Of a stretch of DNA of 64,000 nt, positions 54,711 to 64,000 are shown in pieces; the stretch's first letter is position 1; each line of letters begins with the position of its first letter. The notes below the pieces were generated by a model. It searched no databases. It was not told where the DNA came from and worked only from the letters and a program-made list of their open reading frames with translations. The position numbers were made by a program, and so were the translations under genes. Source of the DNA: a virus. The stretch is from IMG/VR virus record IMGVR_UViG_3300028394_000038; one strand, given 5' to 3'.

Positions 54711-57700
54711 ATGGCACGTAAAATAGTAGACATCGGCGTAGAAGGTAATGACGGAACTGGTGATAGTATCCGCGAAGGTTTTAGAAAAACCAACGAAAAC
54801 TTTAAAGAAATATACGCTGTATTTGGGCAAGAAGGTACATTAGCATTTTTAAACTTAGGCGATGTAGAAGCCGGACAGCTTAAGAATTATTCTGCCATAG
54901 CTAATCAATTCCCTGTTGTTAACAATCAAGGGTCTGGAATTAAGTTCAAGCCCTTAGTAGGTGCTGCCGGTTTAACTATTACGTATCCAGATGATCCTGC
55001 CGATCCCAACTATAACAAAATTGTTCTAACACAGCAACGAGCTGTAGCAGAATTAGGCTCTGCCGATGCGGCTGGTAAATTTGGCAATTCTGTTGATGGA
55101 CAAGGATTTGTCTTTGGAAATATTGCAGATCCTACACAAGCTAATGTATTAAATTGGAATACTGCTTTTGATCGTCACGGTCAAACTGTTATTGGGGCTG
55201 AAAAGTTTCCGGTTCCGTTAGGATTTGCAGACAATAGGTACATTAATAAAGGTACAATACCGGGCGAAGTTGCTGATGCAATGGTAGGTTATCTTTCTGT
55301 TCCAGCAGGCGCAACGGGTGATCAAGTGCCGCAGGCCGCTGAAACTGTTCTAAAAGCCGGCGCTACAATGACCGGTAAACTATTCCTAAGTGATCATCCG
55401 GGTGATCTAGCAGGCGCAGGTAATCCAATTGGACTCGATGATAAGCAAGCGGCTACCAAATATTATGTAGATACAACTGCATATTCAAGTAAAGTTAATT
55501 TGTATGTTAGTACCAGCGGCGATGACTCACAACGCAAAACTCCAGTGGGGAAAGAAGGCCGAGCATTTGCTTATGCCTATGCTAGTCTAGTTGCGGCTTG
55601 TTTAAAAGCTGAACAGCTTATTGACGAAAGTCCATGGGAAACTGGCCCATATCGTCAGTTAATTGCTTACGGTGGAGCAAAATACTATTCAGAAATTACG
55701 CCAGGCGGTATTATTATTGGTGGCGGGTTAAACGGAACTACCCGTATTAAATTCACTAACGACAGCGGTAGCCCAGTTGATCAAGGTATTGCAAACAATA
55801 GAGATATTATTCCAGGCAAACTAGTAGTTGGTCGTAATAGCGGAGCAAGAGGTTTTATTGTAAAATATGGAACAATTGATAATACTGACTATGTTGACCT
55901 ACGAGATGTAACTGGATCATTCTCAGTTGGTGAAAACTTATTCTTTGACCAAGCTGTTAAGCGTTTAGAAATTTCTATCTTTATTGAGTCAGGTAATTAT
56001 TATGAAGATTATCCAATTCGTATTCCGCGTAACTGTTCTATTCTAGGTGATGAATTTAGACGTACAGTTATCCGCCCTGCGGATCGAATAAGTAAAAGCC
56101 CATGGGCTGGTACTTGGTTCTATCGTGATCTAGAATTTGATAACCTAGCTATTGCAGAAACAAATTGGGGATATCATTATCTATCAGACCCAACTAACAA
56201 GGCATCAACTCCAAAAAATAACAAAGACTTAGACGTATTCTTATGTAATGATGCTACTATTATTCGTCAGATCAGTTGTCAAGGTCACGGTGGATTCATG
56301 ATGGTGCTTGACCCTAACGGTCAAATTTTAACCAAGTCACCTTACTGTCAACAGTCAGGTTGCTTCTCCGGGTCATTAAACAAACAAGCATTCCGCGGTG
56401 GTCAATATGTTGACGGGCAAGCAGGAAGTATGCCTGTAACTTCAGTTAGTACTAATTCAGATAAAACTGAAATTACAGTTACTGATGCATTCCGTATACC
56501 GCAAACTCCTACTGCATTCTTTGTTAAAGGTAAACGCTATAAGATTGATACATTTACTGATAACGGTTTAGGATATCGAGGTGCTAGAGAATTACTAATA
56601 GCAAACAAAGAATTTATTGTTGCAGAAACTATTGCCTATATCAATGATGTCATTACTCCAACTTTTACATATGATGCTGTTAAATTTAGTCAAGCTGTAG
56701 GAAATATTATCAATGCAGTTGCATGGGACGTAGTATTTGATAGTAATATTCAATCTATTTTAATAGCCGAAGAATATTATGTAAGAACCAAATACACAAC
56801 GTTCCCTTCAGAAAAAACACAAACACTAGCCGCTCTTAATTATGTAAAAGATTCTCTAGTAGCACTACTATCAACTAATGCAACAGCGGCAGCCCGTGCT
56901 AGTGCAAAAATGGATATAATATTACAAATCCTTACTAGCGGTGTCAATGACCGTAATATTTTAGATGCAAGCTCATGGACTTATCTTGGCACCACTATTA
57001 CTGTAACAAAATCTGGTGGTCATGGATTGGGTGCAGGCTGGTCAGTTAAAATTGTAGATGCTACTGCAACAACCAATGCCCCTAACGGTATATTTAATGT
57101 TGCATCTATTGTTGATGCTAATACATTTACATATACTGTTACTAATGCTCCGACTGGTACTGCTGGTGGTAACATTAGATTTACCAGCTCACCAATTCCA
57201 ATTAGATCAATTCCTAACCCGCCTGTAGATCCACAGGCATTGCCTGCTACTACATTAGGCATTCAAAATAGTCTTGCATTATTAATTGCTAATAGAGAAT
57301 TAATTAAAGCTGAATACATTGCCTACATTCAAACTTATTATTCCGATTTCTTATTTGGAACTATCGGGGTTGCTGGTTATATTAGAGATGCTGACAGAAT
57401 CGTCAACGCAGTAATATATGATTCTATTTACGGTGGCACTAGTCAAAGTGTGTTAGTGTCTAACAACTTCTTTGATGCTGAAGGCAAATCAACAATATCC
57501 ACTGAAGTTACACAAATATATAATGCATTAGAATGGATTAGAGATGTTGCCAAACAAGTAGTCACTAATACAGAAATTACCGGTTTGTTACAAGTATCTA
57601 TTAGACAAGCTAGAGGAACTGCAGGTACTTTAGAAATTGCTACACTTGTAGAAGATAATTTTAATTCTGTTGTTACTGCTATTAGATTTGGTGCTGACAC

Positions 57701-60700
57701 ACTGCCTGCTGTGTCATATCCAAGTATTGAAAATGTTGTTACAAGTTTACAATCAGCAAAGAGTTTATTAGATATAAATTCAAATAATATTCGTTCAAAT
57801 ACTATTTCGTTTATTAATAACAAATATTTGTACGATGTGGCAGCGGCACAACGAGATATTAGATTCCTAGTAGATGATCTAGCGCACGATATTGTCTACA
57901 CTGGCGATTTAAAAATGGTAGAGCACGGTCTAGGATACTTTGTTGGAGATGCTAAACTTGTTAGTGACCCTGAACGCCCAAGAACACTGGCTATTCTTGA
58001 TTACATAAAACAATTAGCATTGGCTATTGTTGACAACGTTTCTATTCCAAACCCACAGTTGACCAAGGTCGGAAGTTTAATCATTGGACAAACTTACAAA
58101 ATTAATACTGCCGGATCAACTATTTGGACCGCATTGGGTTCTGCAGATAATTTACACAATACAGTCTTTACTGCAACTGCCACCGGTACAGTAAATGCCA
58201 CTCAGATTACTGTTGGTCGTACTTATACTATTGTATCAAGAGGAAGTCCAACTAATTTAACTAATTACATCAGTATTGGTTCTTCAAGTAATGCTGTAGG
58301 AACTTCATTTATTGCCAATGCTGTAGGAACTGGTACCGGCACTGTTGTACAAGGAACAGGAGATGCTAGACTTGCTAGTGGCAGTGATTTCTATAGAAGA
58401 CAATTTGGTATTAGTCAAACAATACAATTAATTTCAAGCGGTGCTGGTCCTTCTACTATTGTACCGAGTTTAACATGGGTTAATACTAACCTAGTAAATG
58501 CTTTCCAAAAATTGCAAGACACTAAAGAAGTTATTCAATCAGCAGTCATTACTTGGATCAATAACAATATAGCATCAAACGTTACTAATCCAAATAGCAT
58601 ATGGTACGGCTTCGCTTACAATAGCGGAACTTGCAGTCGAGATGTAGGATTAGTTGTTGATGCCGTCGGTTACGATATGATGTTTAACAGTAACTTCCGT
58701 AGTAGTAAAGCTGGTATGGCTTATTACAGGGGAGTTGCTAGTGCCGCTATAGTAAGAGACAATCAATTGTCTGCAACAATAGCGTCATTTGCTTATCTAA
58801 AAAATTATCTATTGTCAACTATTACATCTGCTGCCTATGGTAATACGGCTAATACTAGAGTTGGCGATAAGATGGATGTTGTTATATCAATTCTTACCGA
58901 CGGCCTTAGTGCAGTTCCTGCATTTGTATTACCGGATCCAACAGGTTTTGATATCGACTATAGTAATGCTAGAAGACTAATTAGCGATAATAAAGCGTTC
59001 ATTGTTGATGAAATTACATCATGGATTGCCGCACAAATAGTTGGAAACATTACGCCGTTCACTACACAGTTCCAATACAACTCAGCAAAGTGTGCTCAGG
59101 ACGTTGGATACATTATTGATGCTATTCGTTATGATTTAACATATGGCGGAAATTTAGAAACTCTTGTTGCGGCCAATGCATACTTTGTTGGTGCTGACAC
59201 AACATTAGGTACAGACCAAAAAGATAAAACTATTGCCGCATATGCTCGCTTAAAAGAAATTATTGGCAAGGTAGCACAAGCTGTCCAAGTATTAGATAAG
59301 AATACAGCTCTTATACAAACTACCGCAGTAAGCGGTGGTGGTGCAAGTACATCAGTAGCATTTGCTCAAGCTCGTGTTCAAGATATTATTAAACAAATTA
59401 ATATTACAGCCGTTGATAGTAAACCTCAATTAGAATATTTGATTGGCACTACTAGAACAATGGTTGCTAATACTAAACCAACGGGGTATGTATCTGCTAA
59501 AAACTTATTAGTAGCTAACCGTGCATTTATTCAAGCTGAAGTGTTTAACTACTTAAAGAATACTTACACCTTTACTATTACACAATCAACTAACAATCAA
59601 TTTGTAACAGCTAGTACTGCTAAAATGAGAGTTGGCATGCCGGTTAAGTTTCTTGGTACTGACCCGTTTCAACAAACAATTTTATCAGCATCAACTCCGC
59701 TACTAGTAGACGGCAAGTATGTAGTTACTTTTGAATTTGTAAGACAAAGAGTTAGACCAGATTCAACAAAAGAATACGAGGTTCAAGGCAATGCTAATGG
59801 CCTATACAATTTAATTGTACCAGTTGCTGTTGTACCTGATCAATCAACTACTGATACTACAACTACTAGTATTACAGTAGTATATCCGTTTAATCCAGGT
59901 GTGTTCGATTATGCTAATCAAACAACTATTCGTGTGTCAGGCGGAACATTTGGTGGCGTAAACCGCGATGCCAAATACTATGTTAAACAAGTTGTTAGCG
60001 GAACTAATTTTACAATATCAGAAACAATTAGTGGCGGAACTCCTGGATCACTATTTTCAGTAGATAGTGATACCGGAACAATGTATTGCTCGTTTGCATT
60101 TGATGAAGCTACCTGCAGAAGAGATACTGGATTCTTAGTTAGCAATATTTCTACTGATATATTATACGGTGGAAGATATAATACTATTAAGTCTGGTAAG
60201 AGATACTTAGTTGCAAGTTCTGTATTAGTTGTAACAGAACAAAGTGTTGAGTGTCGAGCCGGTATTAGTTACATTGACACGCTAGCACAACGTATTATTA
60301 ACAATCAAGCACCGTTGGTAAATTATCAAACTTTGAATAATGTTAACCCTAACGATTTTGTTGCTCAAGTTTTTGATACTAATGCTACTGGTGGTAGTGC
60401 CGCTGGCGCCACAATTAATGGGCTAGTCGGGTTAGTAAACGATATTATTTTAAACGGAAAATTATGGGCTGACAGTATTAGTAATATTCCAGATGCTGTA
60501 GTATATCCAAAATATGTTTTACAATTAAATCAAGATACTCCATATAATACATATTTGTCTGGACCATTGCCAGACGAACTAGTTCTACAAGCGGCAGGTA
60601 ATACAAGTATGTTGTCTAATGACTGGACACAGTTAAACGACTTAGCCTATGGTCTAGTTGCTACAAATAACGGATTGATTGAAACAGTATCAGTGTTTAC

Positions 60701-63700
60701 CTACTACTGTTGGACTGCTTACTATTCACGCAATGGTGGACAAATTCGTTCTGTTGCAGGTTCTAATGCACACGGTGAGTATGCTCTTGTTGCAGAAGGT
60801 AGTGACCCATTTGAAGTTCCTGATGCGGCCAACTTAGCCAATGACATGCCTCAGGTGGCTCGAATTTATAAATCCGGGCCTTTTGCCGCAGAGATGGGGA
60901 AAACAAAAACAACTGTTTACATCGATACCTATAGCTATTTGCCATATAACGTAAGTGAGATAGAAATCAATCACGGATATACCATAGTTGACGGTGCTAT
61001 CACTGATATTGGTATTACTAGATACGAAGTTGCAGGTATTACTGATGCTTCAGGAACATATTTCTCAACTGCTCAGCCATCAGCTGAGGCTGCGGCACTA
61101 TATGGAGGGAATGGCAAATATAGAGTTAAATTTACTTTTCCTCCAAAAACTTATATTCCAGATGTTGGAAGATATTATACCATTACTGGTAATGCAAACA
61201 CTGCCTACAACAATAATTTAACAGGTTGGTTATGCGTAGCATCTGATGTAAATTATGTCACTTTAGAATTTACCAGTGTCAATCCTGGAACATTTAGTAC
61301 TACTACAGCTACTACTCTTAAATTAAAGAGTGGAACTATCCTTAGATTAAATCTAAACACTAGTGGCACAAACAATACTAGTTCTACTGGTTTACAAAAT
61401 GAGTTGTTTGATAATCAGTTAGTGGTTATTAGACCAAATCAAAACTTTAAGTTCTACAATGTTGATAACATTAGCCCGACTCGACCAAGTACGGCATTAA
61501 CATTTAGAGGTGACCCACTGGATAATGCTGATGCTCCAGTATATCGTGTACTAGCGTTCAACACTAAAGATCCGTTGAGTAATCCAATGACGTTGACTTA
61601 CAATACTATTGAGAGGGCATACAGCTCTAGTAACGTAATCACTGTTGGATCAACCCTTTCACTACGTGCGGGTATGAAAGTCTCTATAGTTAGTGGAACC
61701 GGTAGTTTATCTGAATCAACTACAGTAGTTTCAATTACTAGTGATACTACATTTACGGTTTCCCCAGCCCCGGCTGTAGCATTATCAAATGCAATTATAC
61801 AAGCAGTATCTCCAACACAAAATGATATTATTTTAACATTTGACTCTAGTTATAGTTATATTGGTTTAGTTATTGATCCTGATCATAATACCTTAACAGA
61901 AGCGCAGGCGGGCATTGACGGCGGAAGTACTACTAGAACATTAGGTTCACAAATTGGAGACCAGTACTTATCTATTAGAAAAATTAATAGTGCCGGAGAA
62001 CTACAACGTATTCTAACTGGGCAAATGTGTTTTGCTTGGAACGGTCGTGTTCATAGAATTTCTAACTATCTTGTTAGAACTATTAGTAGCACTGAAGGTT
62101 ATGGTATTGTACAACTTAACGAAGTTACTGCTGATGCTACTAGGTCATATCAAGACATTAGCGGGTACGGTGGTACTGGTATTGCCGCACCAACAAGACC
62201 GGGAGAAGGATATAATATTTCTACTGCCGTATATGACTCTGATGCTCAATTAATCACATATTCAATTACTGGATTAGAGACTGCACCAAATGCGGCAAGA
62301 TTCACTGGTGTCATTTCTGCTACTACGTTAACTGTTAGTAATATCACATCCGGTACTATATTAGTAGGATCTACTATTACAGGTATCACTGGTACTAGTG
62401 TAACTGCTGGAACTAGAATAACAGAACAATTAACTTGTTCAGCGGCATCAATATATAGTTCAACTGCAACAGGAATTAGCGGAGCATATACAATAACGCT
62501 TAGTGTAGGATCAGCTAATATATTACAAGGACAATTTGTTTCTGGTAACGCGGCAACAATTGCTGGCTTACCAACTAATACATATGTAACTAATATTAGC
62601 GGTACTACTATTACATTGAGTAATGCGCTGACAAGCAACATTTCTGCTACTGTTTATTTTTTTACAGCAGGCCTAGCAGGTACATATAGTGTAAACAATT
62701 TATACCCTGCTCCAGTTTCAAGTCAGTTGATGGGAGTTCACTATACAGTGTATGGTAATAGTAATATCAGTTACAATATTGCCGGCCCAATACTGACTTC
62801 AACTTATCAGTCATTGACCATTGCGGCTGCAAAAGCAACTGTTGTTGGCTCTGTATCAGGACTATTCTTAACCGTTAATTATGTAAGCGGTAATACAATA
62901 CAACTTGGTCAAAATATTAGTGGAACTGGTTTAAGTGCAGGCACATATGTTGTAGCACAAAGTTCAGGTACACCTGGCGGTGTTGGAGTATATCAATTAA
63001 ACACTGTTGCTAGTATTCTAACTCCAACATTTACTGCGTCTATTAATAACGGTAGTGGTAGTGCAGGCACTATATTAAATGTTAGCACGGTAGATAGCGG
63101 TACAATTTTAGTCGGCGCTGATATTCAGAAAACTGGCGGGACTGGTGTAACTACTGGGACTACTATTACAGGACAGTTAACTGGTGTAACTGTAGCTACA
63201 ACTACTGCTACAGGTACTAGTGGTACTAATATTTTATCTGTAGCCTCAGTAGTAGGTATTGTTGTAGGACAACTAGTAACTGGTACTGGAGTTCCTAACG
63301 ATACATATGTCAAAGAAATTAACATAACCGGAATACAACTAGTAGGCAGTAACGGTGCAACTAGAGTATTAACACAGGCAGCAACCGGAGGTAGCTATGT
63401 ATTTGCCACTGCTGGTGGTCAAGGTACATACTCAGTAGATGTAAGTCAACTGGTTACTTCAGGAGAGATGAAGGCATTGTTTATAGCGATTCCTGGAATA
63501 TTTGGTCCAACTAGTGCTACACGTATTTTCCCAACTGAAAAATTATATAACCCTGCTCTAGTACAAGATAATACAATTACTCTACGTACTGGTTTAAGTG
63601 CCGGTGAACCTGCAGATATTATTATTAACATTAGTACTTGCCGAGTAACTGGTCACGACTTTAGTGATATTGGTACTGGTGGTTATAACCAAACTAACTA

Positions 63701-64000
63701 TCCAAATAAAGTTTACGGTGTTGGTAAAGCAAAGAATCAAAAGAAAGAAGTTGCTGAGCGTGGCACAGGTCGTGTGTTCTGGGTTGCGACTGACCAGGAC
63801 GGATTCTTCCGTGTAGGTCGATTCTTTACAGTTGACCAAGGTACTGGTACCGTTACATTTGCGGCTTCATTGGCTTTAAGTAACTTAGATGGACTAGGAT
63901 TTAAACGTGGTCGTGCTATTTCTGAGTTCTCAGACGATGACACATTCCAAGATTTATCAGATACTAAAGTTCCAACAGAACATGCGATTGACGGCTACAT
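54711..64000 (+). CDS. giant baseplate/tail structural protein, over 3096 aa, 3' truncated; absent from ORF track
   Basis: GGAG RBS; MARKIVDIGVEGNDGTGDSIREGFRKTNENF (T4 gp9/gp10-like N-terminal motif); same frame reads DTKVPTEHAIDGY at the window end. Confidence 0.85.
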   Translation, partial: MARKIVDIGVEGNDGTGDSIREGFRKTNENFKEIYAVFGQEGTLAFLNLGDVEAGQLKNYSAIANQFPVVNNQGSGIKFKPLVGAAGLTITYPDDPADPNYNKIVLTQQRAVAELGSADAAGKFGNSVDGQGFVFGNIADPTQANVLNWNTAFDRHGQTVIGAEKFPVPLGFADNRYINKGTIPGEVADAMVGYLSVPAGATGDQVPQAAETVLKAGATMTGKLFLSDHPGDLAGAGNPIGLDDKQAATKYYVDTTAYSSKVNLYVSTSGDDSQRKTPVGKEGRAFAYAYASLVAACLKAEQLIDESPWETGPYRQLIAYGGAKYYSEITPGGIIIGGGLNGTTRIKFTNDSGSPVDQGIANNRDIIPGKLVVGRNSGARGFIVKYGTIDNTDYVDLRDVTGSFSVGENLFFDQAVKRLEISIFIESGNYYEDYPIRIPRNCSILGDEFRRTVIRPADRISKSPWAGTWFYRDLEFDNLAIAETNWGYHYLSDPTNKASTPKNNKDLDVFLCNDATIIRQISCQGHGGFMMVLDPNGQILTKSPYCQQSGCFSGSLNKQAFRGGQYVDGQAGSMPVTSVSTNSDKTEITVTDAFRIPQTPTAFFVKGKRYKIDTFTDNGLGYRGARELLIANKEFIVAETIAYINDVITPTFTYDAVKFSQAVGNIINAVAWDVVFDSNIQSILIAEEYYVRTKYTTFPSEKTQTLAALNYVKDSLVALLSTNATAAARASAKMDIILQILTSGVNDRNILDASSWTYLGTTITVTKSGGHGLGAGWSVKIVDATATTNAPNGIFNVASIVDANTFTYTVTNAPTGTAGGNIRFTSSPIPIRSIPNPPVDPQALPATTLGIQNSLALLIANRELIKAEYIAYIQTYYSDFLFGTIGVAGYIRDADRIVNAVIYDSIYGGTSQSVLVSNNFFDAEGKSTISTEVTQIYNALEWIRDVAKQVVTNTEITGLLQVSIRQARGTAGTLEIATLVEDNFNSVVTAIRFGADTLPAVSYPSIENVVTSLQSAKSLLDINSNNIRSNTISFINNKYLYDVAAAQRDIRFLVDDLAHDIVYTGDLKMVEHGLGYFVGDAKLVSDPERPRTLAILDYIKQLALAIVDNVSIPNPQLTKVGSLIIGQTYKINTAGSTIWTALGSADNLHNTVFTATATGTVNATQITVGRTYTIVSRGSPTNLTNYISIGSSSNAVGTSFIANAVGTGTGTVVQGTGDARLASGSDFYRRQFGISQTIQLISSGAGPSTIVPSLTWVNTNLVNAFQKLQDTKEVIQSAVITWINNNIASNVTNPNSIWYGFAYNSGTCSRDVGLVVDAVGYDMMFNSNFRSSKAGMAYYRGVASAAIVRDNQLSATIASFAYLKNYLLSTITSAAYGNTANTRVGDKMDVVISILTDGLSAVPAFVLPDPTGFDIDYSNARRLISDNKAFIVDEITSWIAAQIVGNITPFTTQFQYNSAKCAQDVGYIIDAIRYDLTYGGNLETLVAANAYFVGADTTLGTDQKDKTIAAYARLKEIIGKVAQAVQVLDKNTALIQTTAVSGGGASTSVAFAQARVQDIIKQINITAVDSKPQLEYLIGTTRTMVANTKPTGYVSAKNLLVANRAFIQAEVFNYLKNTYTFTITQSTNNQFVTASTAKMRVGMPVKFLGTDPFQQTILSASTPLLVDGKYVVTFEFVRQRVRPDSTKEYEVQGNANGLYNLIVPVAVVPDQSTTDTTTTSITVVYPFNPGVFDYANQTTIRVSGGTFGGVNRDAKYYVKQVVSGTNFTISETISGGTPGSLFSVDSDTGTMYCSFAFDEATCRRDTGFLVSNISTDILYGGRYNTIKSGKRYLVASSVLVVTEQSVECRAGISYIDTLAQRIINNQAPLVNYQTLNNVNPNDFVAQVFDTNATGGSAAGATINGLVGLVNDIILNGKLWADSISNIPDAVVYPKYVLQLNQDTPYNTYLSGPLPDELVLQAAGNTSMLSNDWTQLNDLAYGLVATNNGLIETVSVFTYYCWTAYYSRNGGQIRSVAGSNAHGEYALVAEGSDPFEVPDAANLANDMPQVARIYKSGPFAAEMGKTKTTVYIDTYSYLPYNVSEIEINHGYTIVDGAITDIGITRYEVAGITDASGTYFSTAQPSAEAAALYGGNGKYRVKFTFPPKTYIPDVGRYYTITGNANTAYNNNLTGWLCVASDVNYVTLEFTSVNPGTFSTTTATTLKLKSGTILRLNLNTSGTNNTSSTGLQNELFDNQLVVIRPNQNFKFYNVDNISPTRPSTALTFRGDPLDNADAPVYRVLAFNTKDPLSNPMTLTYNTIERAYSSSNVITVGSTLSLRAGMKVSIVSGTGSLSESTTVVSITSDTTFTVSPAPAVALSNAIIQAVSPTQNDIILTFDSSYSYIGLVIDPDHNTLTEAQAGIDGGSTTRTLGSQIGDQYLSIRKINSAGELQRILTGQMCFAWNGRVHRISNYLVRTISSTEGYGIVQLNEVTADATRSYQDISGYGGTGIAAPTRPGEGYNISTAVYDSDAQLITYSITGLETAPNAARFTGVISATTLTVSNITSGTILVGSTITGITGTSVTAGTRITEQLTCSAASIYSSTATGISGAYTITLSVGSANILQGQFVSGNAATIAGLPTNTYVTNISGTTITLSNALTSNISATVYFFTAGLAGTYSVNNLYPAPVSSQLMGVHYTVYGNSNISYNIAGPILTSTYQSLTIAAAKATVVGSVSGLFLTVNYVSGNTIQLGQNISGTGLSAGTYVVAQSSGTPGGVGVYQLNTVASILTPTFTASINNGSGSAGTILNVSTVDSGTILVGADIQKTGGTGVTTGTTITGQLTGVTVATTTATGTSGTNILSVASVVGIVVGQLVTGTGVPNDTYVKEINITGIQLVGSNGATRVLTQAATGGSYVFATAGGQGTYSVDVSQLVTSGEMKALFIAIPGIFGPTSATRIFPTEKLYNPALVQDNTITLRTGLSAGEPADIIINISTCRVTGHDFSDIGTGGYNQTNYPNKVYGVGKAKNQKKEVAERGTGRVFWVATDQDGFFRVGRFFTVDQGTGTVTFAASLALSNLDGLGFKRGRAISEFSDDDTFQDLSDTKVPTEHAIDGY

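Overview
64 kb of a large AT-rich lytic phage genome (T4-like jumbo myovirus style; host probably a proteobacterium, possibly a betaproteobacterium, inferred from the CspA, omega and TorF-like genes). The left part holds auxiliary genes: a PlcP-like phosphoesterase plus GT4 glycosyltransferase, a CHASE2 adenylate cyclase, CspA, a permuted two-piece tmRNA, a TorF-like porin and rubrerythrin/rubredoxin. Positions 13.3-23.6 kb form an RNA island with 40 tRNA or tRNA-like genes covering all 20 amino acids and many closed-stem ncRNA candidates. Three features stand out. (1) A 50-codon leader peptide using all 20 amino acids overlaps an antiterminator/terminator switch in front of the first tRNA block, a candidate pan-codon attenuator. 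(2) Seven covarying 'GGAT-stem + ACAGCAA' RNAs occur, three in tandem directly before a DUF2828 (Ro60/TROVE-like VWA) gene. (3) Three of those RNAs carry only an anticodon stem-loop (Glu UUC, Ser UGA, Lys UUU) and may be anticodon-nuclease decoys. The middle part has many small early genes, phosphoesterases, IF-1, DNA ligase and ClpP. The right part has two giant virion proteins (3561 aa and over 3096 aa, the latter running off the window) with phycobiliprotein-like CxRD repeats, queD behind a preQ1-I-like RNA, and uvsE. All family assignments come from motif recognition, not database searches.
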